NCBI RefSeq assembly: GCF_947568905.1
Contig: NC_079166.1
Span: 20,646,001 to 20,710,000, forward strand
Direction of reading: 5' to 3'
From: Ostrea edulis
Taxonomy: Eukaryota
DNA length: 64,000 nt
Shown in pieces: positions 12,317 to 24,722 of this stretch (positions are counted from its first letter, which is position 1; each line of letters begins with the position of its first letter). Below the pieces are notes generated by a model. That model was given only the letters and a program-made list of their open reading frames with translations. It ran no database searches and was not told the origin of the DNA. A program made the position numbers and the translations under genes.

Positions 12317-14292
12317 AAGTTGAACCACGTGTTCTCTATTTAGGAACTAATATACACGTATATAACGGAAAATAGGTCAAATTCTGAAACAAATATCATC
12401 TTCAATTTGTAGATAACATATACACCCGTTCTGCGTCGATGTACTCTGAAAATTGAACTCGGGAAACGTTAGAGTGTAAAACAAAATCTGCTTGTACTTT
12501 TGTTCGTTCTGGGACTAGATAGGATACACATTTTTACGCATAAAATCGTAAGATTTGAATATGATCAATGTTCATATTTCTAATGTATTTTTTTCTTTGA
12601 TATATTTCCAAATGGTAATTATATCCTAGTGAATGTTTTGTAGTTGTAAACTGTTGGCGTATGAATATCAATACCTTTAGTGTGTCTATTTTAACCGTTT
12701 GGGATTCAGACAAAATTGAAAGTAGAATGTAAATTCATGATACCCCCTCTCTCTTTCTCTCCCTCTCTCATTCTAATATCGTACTTTGTTTTATCGAAGA
12801 ACGTGTGGAATTATCACATATAGCGATAGAATTATTACGGTATTTAACCTTTTAGTTCGTTTCTTGTTAAATCCGACTCTTGCGTGTTTGAATTGAACAT
12901 ACATGTACGATATTTTGTATGTGTGTAAAGAAAAAAAATATACTTCCAGAAGGTACAAGAATTGATAGCAGAATTAAGAAAAGAGACAAGCAAATTAAAA
13001 AATTAAAAAAAAAAAAAATTAAAAAAGTGAAATCAAATTAACTTTTCAGTATTTGCCAAAAACAAGAAATTCACAGAATGTTCTCGTTTTCTTTTATTCA
13101 TTTATTTTTTTTTGGGGGGGGGGGGTCGAATATCAATCGGAAAGGATATGTGCTTGCAAAAGATTTAATGTGCTAAAAGTTCATTTATTTGATATTTAAT
13201 GTACGCATACTACTATTCACGTGTCGAATGGTTTAACCTATGCTATATTTACAAATTTGAATGATAGCCATTTATTTCTGAAATGATTTCTCCAAAGCAG
13301 CGCGTGTGTACAGTCCAATGGTCACGGGTATGATGTACCAATTGAATAGAAATACGGAATAAACCAAATTAAGTAAGATTATAGTGCCTATTGACACAAT
13401 CAATTATATTTGAATACTTTTCTTATTTTAAAATATATAGGAAAAGGTGATTAATGTCATACCTGTAATTCCTGTAAGATGATTCTATAATTAAATCCCG
13501 TTTAAATTTAGAAAGGTGTATGCAAACTGCAATCAAAGGTAGGTAAAAATCATTTGGCGACGAAAGAAATAGGAGATATCATGGTCATGGTTTGTTCTTA
13601 ATCCTATAAATAGATAAAAACCTTTTTTTTCTTCAGATCAAGAAATGACAACTTTAATTGTTTCAATTATAAACTTCCGTCAACTCCTCGTTATTGTCAT
13701 GGGAAAATTCTTCCTCGCCGTCGAAACTGATTCTTTTCTTTTTCTTTTGTATCTTGTATGGATATCCATTGAATAATTTCTCAAATGGCTGGGCTATTCT
13801 TATATCATAACCTTGTTCTCTGGAAGAATGCGGAAGTTCTGACATTTAAACTTTAAATACCCATTTTCATTCTGTGTTGAATTTTGACAATTACAAACAG
13901 CTATTGTTTGTAGATAAGACATGGCTAACGCAGAATTACAGGTCTAATTCAATGAATGGTGTTGTCCAATATAAAAACCCGAATCAAGGTGTAATTTCCT
14001 TATGCTGTGTAGTTATCACCGTACCATGTCCAATGTTTCGAAAATCAGTTACGGTGAAATACTTAGCAGCTTGTTATTATAAGATTAAACATCACCTCGG
14101 ACATTTAGCTGAAGTTTGCTGCATGTGAAATTAATTGTTGTAGAAAATAACTAAAATCAAAGATATACATTTCATATCAGGTCAACAGAAACTTTGTAAA
14201 ACATCAGTGTTCCTTAACTATTAGGTCTCAGCATTTCATTATTGTCACTTTTGGAATTTAGAAAATTAAAATACATGTTTAGCCTGTAGATA

Positions 14293-15646
14293 CAGTCTTT
14301 TGCCCAGTTCCGAATCACTTTGAAATTATCATTAAAAAATACTTAATTAATGAAATGATTTTTACTTAGAAAGGTAAATCACGTTGAAAATCATTACTGA
14401 GGGATACAAAACTGTTGTAATTTTTATCCAACCCAGGTTTATTTCTTGCCGCACTTCTTTAATACATTAGGACTTCGACATCTTGGTCACTTACATGTAC
14501 ACGCTTGGAAAAAAATCGTGCTGGAGGGAAAAGTTGTCTGTAGCTAGAAAGTAACCAAGTTTTCTGCACAAAAAATAAATGCATTTAATTGATACATCTT
14601 TCAGCAAATGCATCAATAAATATTTCTTCTGTGAATGCATTATTGTAGTCGAGATGCCTTACCAAAGAGACACCATCTGTTTGTCCAATTCCGGATCAGT
14701 CGTGTCAACTACTGTCATACGCGACTTGTTGAACTTAGTTTTAAACTTTGAGCAATATCTCAGTTTATATTAAATGCACTGTTCAATTTTAGAAGTAGTG
14801 TCAGATATAATACGCACACATTTTTTTCATAAACACAATAAACTTTTTTTCTGATTATCAAAATGGATACTCCCCCCCCCCCCCCCCCCCCCCCCCGTAA
14901 ATACATTTTAAAATGAGAAAATCGGGACAGTAAATATACTATGTATTGCATCTAGATTTACATCTTGAAATTGACATTTAAAAAGTATAGGCCTACTGTA
15001 GTCAATTCAATTTTAAGCATATCAATATACTTGTATGACTATTATTTTTTTTCTTCCCAACCCCGCCAACTCCACAAGAAAATGCCGACGGATTGTTATC
15101 CCGGGTAGATATAAATTTAGATCTTAACCACACTCAGAGAAAGATAATTATTAATGTCGATTAAGAGAATTTGGAATGCCGCAGTTTTGGCAATGTCAAT
15201 GCCTAAATGTGAAGCTTTGAATATTGTTCAATATATATAACGTCAATAATGTAAAGATTAATTTAAACTAGTGTACTTTGATTTGATTTGATTTCTACAA
15301 AAAATAGGCATATATTAAGCAATATAAACATACACACGTACTGATTTAAAGTTTCGGACCGATTGGAAGTCGGATCGGTTCAGTGAAAGTTTGAATCGGC
15401 CTGCGGTTGTTTCAAACATCCCCGTGATTCGGAACTGGCAGTGTGATTCGGAACTGACCCATGTACACGGTTATGGAAAATGCAAAGGCCGGTGATATTT
15501 ACCACGATTTTTAAATGATTGTTGTTATTTTTCATTTTAATAACTTCTGATCTTCTCACAAGACGATTAAAACCTACAGTATTTTCGTGAATTATACCGC
15601 TAGCAATCGTTAATGAAAATGTGATTCGGAACTAGGCAAACGACTG
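14293..15646. mobile_element. Non-autonomous TIR DNA transposon with TA TSD (Tc1/mariner-type termini)
   Basis: 26-bp TIRs cagtcttttgcccagttccgaatcac (14293-14318) and gtgattcggaactaggcaaacgactg (15621-15646) match at 24/26. TA flanks both sides. Internal copies of gtgattcggaact at 15424 and 15443. Absent from the duplicate block. Confidence 0.9.
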
Positions 15647-15832
15647 TACATACATGTATAAATGCATGTATTTATGTGCTTTATATGAAATATGTCGAAT
15701 GCAATGTGTATCATGTATGATCCTCTTAAATGTACGTTAAATAACTATATCCCATTTCCATTCTCAATGAACGTGTAGCGTGTGACAGCATGGCGAGAAT
15801 TCCATCGTCATCGAAAGCAAGTTTCTTGACCT

Positions 15833-15945
15833 GCCAAGATGGTCAAGCGGTCTAGCGCGCTGGTTACATGCTGCTACATGTAGGGGATTTGGTTCCGCAG
15901 GTCATGAGTTCAACCCCGGGTAGGGGCGGAAGTGGGTATCCAAAT
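15833..15945 (+). mobile_element. tRNA-derived SINE head fragment
   Basis: A-box TGGTCAAGCGG and B-box GAGTTCAACCC; no cloverleaf. Confidence 0.6.
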
Positions 15946-15966
15946 AAAGTGAAATTTTCTGTGCTT

Positions 15967-15967
<1 letters not shown>

Positions 15968-16017
<50 letters not shown>
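15968..16017. repeat. (TA)n microsatellite
   Basis: Direct reading. Confidence 0.95.
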
Positions 16018-16020
<3 letters not shown>

Positions 16021-16491
16021 GATATCCCTTGAAAGCTTGAAAAGTAAATTTTATGGGGCACTTTAATGCAAGGATGTTGGAGCAAAGGGGTCATTATTAT
16101 ATATAGAAAGTAATATCGTAAAAGTGCGGCAAAGTCGAATTATATGAATTGTAAATGAATCATGAAAAATTCAAAATTCTAAACAAGGAAAAGAAATATG
16201 CAATAGTTTACGTACTCTTGAACTTCCGGCGAATTTTGATCGCTCAAACTTAAATGCCTAAAAACCATTTGTTTTAAGATTCCTAATGTAAAGTATATTC
16301 GTGTGGGTTTTTTCTGTTGTTTTTTTTGGGGGGGGGGGGGGGGGCAACACCAGTCAGCTTTTTGTGTGTTTGTTGATGTCTGTTTTTGACTTCCTAGTCC
16401 CTAATTAGACAATTGGACGAATTAACGTTCAGGAGTACTGAAACGTGAATAGCGAAATGAAATAGCATTGTTTTATTGTACTAGCTGTTTG

Positions 16492-16498
16492 TATAAAA
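16492..16498 (+). promoter_or_regulatory. TATA box of IL-17 'B'
   Basis: TATAAAA 60 nt upstream of ATG 16552. Confidence 0.7.
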
Positions 16499-16551
16499 GA
16501 CTACGATCTTAAGGTAAGCGTAAGACGAATTTTAGTTATCTGGCCTCCAGT

Positions 16552-18269
16552 ATGCAATGCAAGGTAAAAGTAATGTTTTAGTTTGAGAAGAAAATTATGT
16601 ACTTAAAAACATAAAAACAATAAGTATAATTTACACGGTTTTCTGAATCTTAATGGTAAGGAATAAAAAACTAAAACATAAAGAAATAGAGAAAAGAAAA
16701 CTAAAAAGGAAAAGAAAAAAGATTGATTGATTGGTCATATATTGTTTAACGCCCCAATCGAGAATTTTTCAATGATATGGAGACGTCACTATTGCTGGTG
16801 AAGGGATGCAAAATTTAGGCCAATGCTCGGCGCTCACGGCCTTTGAGAAGAGGGGGATCTTTATCGTGCCGCTCCTTCTGTGACTCGGGGCCTCAGTTTT
16901 TGCGATCTCATCCGATGGACCGCCCCATTTAGTCGTCTCTTGCGATAAGGCGTACTGGGGATCAATTTTAACCCGGATCCATGGGACAAAGAAAAAAAAA
17001 GAAACAAAGGCATTCCGCTGTGCATATGTATAATGTCCATAGTTGAAATTACGGAACTATATAAAGAAAACATATAATTCGTTATAATCTGATGCTTTGA
17101 ATTTCTTATGGAAATGAAGTGGACTCATTTACAATGACGTATGGTCAGTTTATTTAATATATATTGCACAAACGTTTCTTCGGGTCACTTCTGAATACTT
17201 TAAATTATCAATACCATACATCCTATAAGATTTACAAAATGAAGACAATGTCAAATACGAACACCTGGACACACCAGAGGTGGGATCACTTGCCTGGGAG
17301 GAGTCAAAATTCCCATTCTGTTGACGTATTACCCTCACCCATATTTCAATTTAAAAAGTTTTCGTCAATGCTGATTGGTCACTGCTCGTTACCACCAACG
17401 TCCCATATTTTGATATTTCAGACCATAGCATGACCTTGATTTACAAACCTATCATATCGTAAATTTCCAATAAAAAACCCCAAACCTACGTCTTAAAATA
17501 TTTTTTTCTTTAGTAGTTATCGCTAACAAGGATATTGAATAAATGTTGTTTCGTTGCTTTTGTTACCCTTTCTAATGAATTGTAATAAGTTTCGTCTACA
17601 AATTATGTTTAGGGGTAAAATCGGAAGTAAAGCTCTATACAGTATCTATCAATTTGTTTTAAGTAAAAGACCATTGACTTTGGGGTTTTCTAAATCAAAG
17701 ACTAGGCTTTGGAAATATACAATATTAATAGTCATTAATGGACATATGATATTTTCCTGGTACAGGTGTGGATTGTTCTTCTGTTAAATGTAGCGGTAGG
17801 GGTTGTGTTCTCCAAGCATGATGAGTGTAAACCCAAGTCCCGTTATCGGGAGCTGCAAGACTCATTTAAAAAAGGACTGAAGATCGGAACAATGGACAAA
17901 AGTATCAGCAAGTCCAAAACCTTGATCAAGGGCCAAGAAAAAGATGTCGCGTTGGATCCTTTATTGATTTACAAACACTATTCTACGCTAAGTTCATGTC
18001 CATGGAAGTATGTTACATCAACAGACCGGAACCGGAAGCCGCAGAGTGTTATGGAGGCGCGGTGCATACACAAAATCTGTGTAGATACAACAGCAGCAGA
18101 TCATTTATCAGGTTGTAAGGACGATTGTTACTGTAAGGAAGTTTATAAGTTTGTGAAGGTGAGCAGAAGAAAAGGAGGTAAACGGCAGATGAAAAAGAAA
18201 CGATTTCGAAGAGTTTGGGAGAAAATATCGGTGGGATGCACATGTGCATGTTTAGATCGAGATTCGTGA
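16552..18269 (+). CDS. IL17: Interleukin-17-like protein 'B', 171 aa, 2 exons: join(16552..16563,17766..18269)
   Basis: Exon 2 has 'SSCPW', 'RKPQSVMEARC....C' and 'SVGCTC'. The ORF start follows an acceptor (tacag|GTG). Micro-exon ATG CAA TGC AAG|gtaaaa (phase 0) gives the signal peptide MQCKVWIVLLLNVAVGVVFS. The exon 1 assignment is less certain than exon 2. Confidence 0.88.
16721..16987 (-). mobile_element. SINE (Meta-like family) in the IL-17 'B' intron
   Basis: Full copy with an (ATCA)n tail and a 10-bp TSD aaagaaaaaa (16711-16720 / 16988-16997). Absent at the paralogous site near 28880. Confidence 0.9.
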
Positions 18270-18640
18270 AATCTTAATTATTTCATTTGTGTTTTAACAT
18301 AATAACAATGCTCTCATAAATAACTCAGCTGTGTTGTAACAAAATAACATTGATTTCATGATTATTTCTGTTGGTTTTAACATATTATATGTGCAACGAT
18401 CTCATATTAGTGTACATTATTTGTTTTGTAACACATTATCAATGGTTTCATAATTATTTTTGGTGTTTTGTACATATTACAATTCAATCATAATTAATTC
18501 TGTTGTTTTTGTACATATTATCTTGAAATCTTAATTAGTTTAGCTGTTTTTAGCATATTACAATGAAAACATAATTATTGCTGTTGTATTGTAATACACT
18601 ACAACGGAATCGTACTCATTTCTGTTGTTTTGAAACGCAT
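18270..18640 (+). repeat. Degenerate ~40-bp AT-rich tandem repeat in the IL-17 'B' 3' UTR
   Basis: About 9 copies of ~ataattatttctgttgttttgtacatattacaatgaaatc, starting right after the stop codon. Confidence 0.7.
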
Positions 18641-19119
18641 TAAGGCAGATAATTCATGTATATTATATATTACTGTATGTGTATTTGGCGCAGTCCAGAC
18701 TGATGTACTATTTGGCATAAGCATTATTTAGTACTTTCTATGAATGTGATCATGGATCAATGGCGAATTTCATATTTTAGCACATCTATATATATTAGAG
18801 CTCTTGCTCCACAACCAAAGGCACTAAAATTTGAATCCCACTAAAATAAGTATGCGCAAAGTAGTTTACAAGTCAATGGAATTGAGTGGCAATGCATATG
18901 TGTACAAACCTTAAAATCAAAATTAATTACATTTCCAACGGTTTTCTCTTATACAGGGTCAACAGAGGTCACGACTGTGCGTATGAACATTTGTTAAAAG
19001 TAGGTTACAGATACTACTTTTACTAAGGCAATACACATCTAGGCTAGTCATCGCTCCCGCTTACTACAGAAGTCTAGGCCTATCAATAGATGAAATCAAC
19101 ATCACAAAATGTATTTATG

Positions 19120-20340
19120 ATTTTATTTGTATTCCAAGCAGTGTACTTTTATTAATGATAGAACATTTCTGTAAATAGTGTATGTCTAACATTTCGTCTG
19201 CTACACCTTGGTCACCCTTATACAAACAATGGCTGAATATGGAAACTTTGATTTTGGTGATGCGGAATTGTACCTATATAATGTACTGCTAGACGATGAA
19301 AACCTATAACAAAAATTTATCGAGCAAACAGAAGCATTTAGTGAGCTCAATTTTGTCAACAATTCCAAATCCAAACCGTCCCTTTCCTTCGTGCACTTCC
19401 ACATCCCCTGTGATGTCGAGAAAATTTATCTGCGTCCTCTGTCCTGTCTATAAATGATTTGCCTACACCTGACGACTGCCGCCCTGTTCTTCATGTTCCT
19501 CCACTTCAGTCCTCTGTTAACTTCGTAATATGTAAAACTTAAACGGTGCCAATTTTGATGCACCAGATGCGCATTTCGACAAAAAAATGTCTCTTCAGTG
19601 ATGCTCAAGCCGAAAGTTTGGAAATTCGAAATTACAGAAAACTTGTGAGAGCTAAAAGGAAAACTAAAATGCCAAAAAACTGGAGCCAAATTCTTCCAAG
19701 GATCAGAGCTATGCACGAGGGAAATATCCTTAATTTTGAAATGAATTTCTTAATTTTATCCCAGCAATTAAATATACATCCGTATTTTCAAGCTAGTAAC
19801 GAAGTACTTAGCTACTGGGCTGTAGAGACTCTCGGGGACCAACAATCCACCAGCAGAGGCCTCGACCCAGGAGTCATAATGTAAAACTTCTACGGTACCA
19901 ATATCCACAAAATATATTTCAAAGTCGGTCTTCAACAACTGCGTCTTAAACTTTCAAAGGCGCATCAACACTGTGACGTTGCGCACCCCCAGTACGTTTT
20001 TATAATTTTTCTCTCTCTCCAAAATTACCAATTTAAACATAAGGAAAAGTTTTCAATCATATACTCTTGAGTTAATGTATATGTTTTTGTAGATATACTT
20101 GCTTTTCAGTGTCTTGATGATTAAAACAGTTCTTGAGTTTATGGAACTTTGTTTTGTGTTTTCATCATATTGAATGAAGTGTTATTTAGGTGTATGGAAA
20201 CGTGTTGTTAACACAATTCAGCAATCGATCAAAAATGGAAATATAGGTAATAAGGTATCATATCTATCGGGATATAGATGCAGGTTGGTACGTATTTCAA
20301 TCCCGATAAATATCTTAAAATGATTCCTTATTTCTTAAAT
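19120..20340 (+). mobile_element. Possible non-autonomous Crypton-like element, interrupted by the repeat at 19532-19905
   Basis: Decayed ORF start MAEYGNFDFGDAEL; 'VFNNCVLNF' near 19925 resembles the C-terminus of Crypton tyrosine recombinases (recalled); terminal inverted motif atcgggat...atcccgat. Confidence 0.35.
19532..19905 (+). repeat. ~350-bp interspersed or satellite monomer, copy 1
   Basis: Begins and ends with atgtaaaactt..cggt.ccaat. Clear inverted homologue at 23671-24023. Confidence 0.85.
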
Positions 20341-20877
20341 ATAGAGAAGTACCATGATCTTTAAGAAATGCTGTTTAAATGAAATCTATATTTTGGAATT
20401 TAATTAAACTGCTTGGTTTAGTTTTCCATTTAGTCTCAGGGGATGTCTCTCGGGGGGTGGGTGGGTGGGTGGGTGGGTGGGGGTGTCGTGGGGATATTTT
20501 GTGACAAATGCTACACACGGGTTATCAAATCCCAGCTTACTATGATTCGAATGTTGGTATGTAAAATCCAACTTTTTTCCATGATGTCATGAAAACGGAG
20601 ATCACATTGAATAGTTTTATAATTATATTAATACCACTGGTACAGCACAAGTCCGAGTATTTTTATGTTCCGAAATACAAAATGTAGATTAACTGTTATA
20701 AAGTTAAGAGGGACTGATCATGCATGATATTGTTAACTTATCAATTAACAGTTTAAATTCAAATCAAAATTCAAATACAAAGTAACACTCGAGGCGTGCG
20801 TTTAGCAGTATACGCAATGCCCTGTTTGCTTATGCTAAACTGTCAGGGACCATGCCGTTGCATTTAGTTTGTGTAAA

Positions 20878-21376
20878 ATTGAAGATAAGGAGCATTGATC
20901 AAACTCATTGATGCTATAAAGAATACAAAATTAAGAGTAGAAGAAGAGAATGGGCCCCTGGATATTTCAGAGATGGGATCGGGTGCCTAGGAGGAGTAAG
21001 CATCCCCTATCGATTGGTCACACCCGTTAAGAGCCCTGTATCTTGATCAAGTAAACGGAGTTATCCGTAGTCAATATCGGTGTGCCAGGAATGACGTAAC
21101 AGTTGGTATGAAACACATGAGACAGCATTTGTCCCAATGATAGGTTGTATTGGTAAACTAAATCGTTATAACGACCATAGAATTTGCGAAATGTTGACTT
21201 AAGACTAGGCTGCTGATATCCCTGCACCATCAACTTGTTTGTCAGTAGCCTGCCTTGATTTAAAAAAAACCTGACCATACACAGAACAAGCTCTTACGTA
21301 TCGAATCAGCTGAGATAAGTACATACCATATGCAGGTGATAATGGAATATTGCTACATAGATATGGGAAGTTGATA
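20878..21376 (-). mobile_element. Penelope-like element 3' fragment
   Basis: ORF 21027..21278 'LLTNKLMVQGYQQPSLKSTFRKFYGRYNDLV' plus the 3' repeat. Confidence 0.9.
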
Positions 21377-23670
21377 CATCATGACTGTAGTTGTCTGGTG
21401 TTTAATACTTGATCCACTAGATAATTACATGTGGATAATTTGAGATCCATTTCGTCTAAGCATTATTCATTCATAATTGTCATGTTCATTTGGTTTCGCC
21501 TTTCCGTATTTGTATATACATGACTGTACACGTATTTGGCCATTCACTTTGTAGATATATTTGGTATTTAATTAATGAAGGAAGACGTCTTCTAGAGCTT
21601 CATTAGTTCATATTGTCCTGTTTTACATTTCAGGAATTGCTCTGTTGATTTGTGTATATGTTATGTACATATTTATGTATATATTTACTATATTGTAATA
21701 AGCTGAGATGGAATTCTTTAGGCTATACCGTATTCCAATGTTTACATGGTCGTGACCATCTACGAAGACCGCCATTATTTGGACGAAGATGCTCCGTTGC
21801 TGTTGTAGCACTTATGTCGTTAAGGGAATCGCTCGAACTCCCGTCGGTTAAGAGACAGATCTCATCCTGGACAGATCCGAGACGGACGTGTTTTAGCTGT
21901 CGGTAAGCTATCCCCCATATAAATTACTCCCAATCTCAGGGAGATGTGCCAATCCATCGCAACTTGTTTGTAAATCATCTTTAGTTTCATTTTCACTTTC
22001 GTTTTAACCATTTCCATTTTGGGTTACAGAATTCCCCATCTTGTCTTAAAATAGCACATCGTTTTGATTGTAAATATCATTTCTATGCTATTAAAATCTT
22101 TATAATGTTTGATAAAAAATTATACCGCCTTGTCTTATTTACTTGCAATTCACTCGCTACCAGAGTTTTATAACTAGATTCAATACCAGAATCGTATGCT
22201 ACTTGCTACCAGAGTCTGAGATTTATTTATCCTGACGACCACGTTACATTTTAACCCATCATGACAATGAAGTGATAACGACCGTAGAATTTGCGAACCG
22301 CTTACTTTAAACGAGACTGTTGAATTCCCTGTACCATCAACTTGTTTGTCAGTCGATAAAATCATACAGAATTGTTTTGTAGCTCTCTTGTAAGTCGACA
22401 GTTGACATTCAAATTTTTGCTGACCATTAGAAATACCCTAGTTAATCATTATAAACATCAAAAATGGAAAAATGAAATTTGAACATTTTCAAGTCAAATG
22501 GTGTTCATGCGACCTCCTGACCCCAGGTCTGTCACGCTTTAAAACATTTGTGATACACCCCTGTATTTCATTCGATTTTTTATCTTTTGTTACATACTTG
22601 TTTCAGTTAGTATAGTTACGGTGCCAGCCCTGTCAATTTCAGTCCATTGTCGTAATAGGTCTGTTCCCTGTTGTGTGCAACTCTATATAGAAATACATAT
22701 TTGAAATTCCAATAGTATTTCAAGTCCGATTATCAACACATTTTATAAACATGAACTTCGTAGAAACATATAGTAATATATTTGAATTTGACAAAGATCA
22801 AAATAGAAGGGGTCATAAAAAAATAACAAACACAATTTCATAAAGAATTTTGGTAGAAACTCGCACATGTCTCAACTTTGACAGATATGCCTGCTTGGGT
22901 ATATATTGACAAACTAAATAAATTAAAGAAATTGTAAAATGAGAGGAAGGCTTTATAACATTAATTTAAAATAGTGCAACTAGTGAGAGCTAAGTATAAT
23001 CAAATTAAAGAAAATACACTCCTAATATCTGACCATAGAATACCCATACACTGTACATGTTCGATACAGAAACATGCTATCCTCGTTACAGAACTGCTCA
23101 ATCAAACATGCATGTTCCATAATTGTTTTAAAGAAGAAACTATTACATTTTGAAATATTGAATGCATTGTAACTAAGTATCAAACACATCTGGCCTCAAG
23201 ATCATCAAATGAGAATATTCGTAAGTCTAAATTTCAAATTCAGCTAACTTTTGAAAAAAAATTCATATAAACAAATTGCATTTGAATTTTTTTTTATAAA
23301 CTTGCAGTTGTTTTTAAACACCTGTGATGGATGAATCTTAAGATATTAATGATAAAAATTTTGACTTAAGTCTATTCTCAGTTTATGTTCAAATCAGATT
23401 CCATCAAACTGCATGATACAGAACAATACAATCATGGTGGATTATAAAATAGATCTACATGAACATTGTTAACACACCGTTCAGGTGCAATCTAATCCAA
23501 TACTAATTAACCATCAACAAGCATATGGCGCACACAATACGCCCTAATGTCAACTAATATGTTGTAAGGATTTTTAATCTCATGAAACAATTGCCTCAAT
23601 ATAGAAAATTAATAAAATATAAAAAGTTGATAGCAATGGAATAAACAAGCATTACACAAGATAAGATAAG

Positions 23671-24023
23671 ACCCCTGGGTTGAGGCCTCTGCTGGTGGAC
23701 TGTTAGTCCCCGAGGGTCTCTACAGCCCAGTAGCTAAGTACTTCGTTACTAGCTTGAAAATACGGATGTATATTTAATTGCTGGGATAAAATTAAGAAAT
23801 TCATTTCAAAAGGAAGGATTATATCTGCCTCATGCATATCTCTGATCCTTGGACGAATTTGGTTCCAGTTTTTGGCATTTTAGTTTTCCTTTTAGCTCTT
23901 ACAAGTTGTTTTTTTTTGTCATTTCGAATTTCCACAATTTCGGCTTGAGCATCACTGAAGAGACATTATTTGTCGAAATGCGCATCTGGTACATCAAAAT
24001 TGGTACCGGATAAGTTTTACATA
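23671..24023 (-). repeat. ~350-bp interspersed monomer, copy 2 (inverted)
   Basis: Reverse-complement match to 19532-19885. Confidence 0.85.
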
Positions 24024-24089
24024 TACTACATACATTTACATACAGTCATTTACATAACAGGGTAAACATGACTCTTATGAAGAGTAAAA

Positions 24090-24560
24090 ACAAATCTGCC
24101 ATTCAATAAAAGGAGGAGATTTGACTTGGACAGCCTCTTTGACGTTTGAACTTAAGGCAAACGCATTATCTGCAGGTTTTCTCGCTACCTGGACTAGATA
24201 TTACATGCCCTTAGGATTGTCTCCCTGTCGTATGACTTTCTTGATGTCATGAAATCCCTCAGTGTCAGAGGATGCCGTATAGATTGCTATTGTTCTGGGG
24301 TCAACGTAATTTTCATCACGATAGAGGAGTGGACGTTGGGTCACTTTCTTTGGACATTTTGGGGCTCTCTTGGAGTGAAGGTTAATCTGTAACTGCCCCT
24401 ATTTTACAAGTTTGGTCCTCCATTGCTATTTTTCGCGCTGAACACACTGAAATAGTCTAATGGGGTTTATTACCATAGAAAGGCTTTCTTCACACGGTTA
24501 ATGTGAACAATGCTGTCAAACACTTTGTTATTGGGTTTTTCTGTAGAACTGTATGTGCAC
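24090..24560 (-). mobile_element. Decayed Gypsy pol 3' end (integrase C-terminus and chromodomain-like region)
   Basis: Manual translation gives 'VFDSIVHINRVKKAF' and 'FHDIKKVIRQGDNPKGM*YLVQV', with stops. Confidence 0.45.
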
Positions 24561-24722
24561 TTTGAATATTACATTCAACAATAGGACTGGAAAAGTTATC
24601 TTTATTCCGCATTGTGTACATTGCTATACATTATGGATTTATGAATACTGAAGCCATAAACTAAAGAAAGTCCACAATTATAAAATCACAATTAATGATT
24701 TATCAGGTATTAACCCTATATG

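Noticed and set aside
13461-13470. Strong donor CAG|GTATGA as exon 1 of IL-17 'A'
   Set aside because: No open in-frame ATG upstream and not conserved in the duplicate; exon 12083-12127 fits much better.
17766-17768. GTG as the start codon of the IL-17 ORFs (also 11901-11903)
   Set aside because: Both GTGs directly follow AG acceptors, and upstream ATG exons with phase-0 donors and TATA boxes exist.
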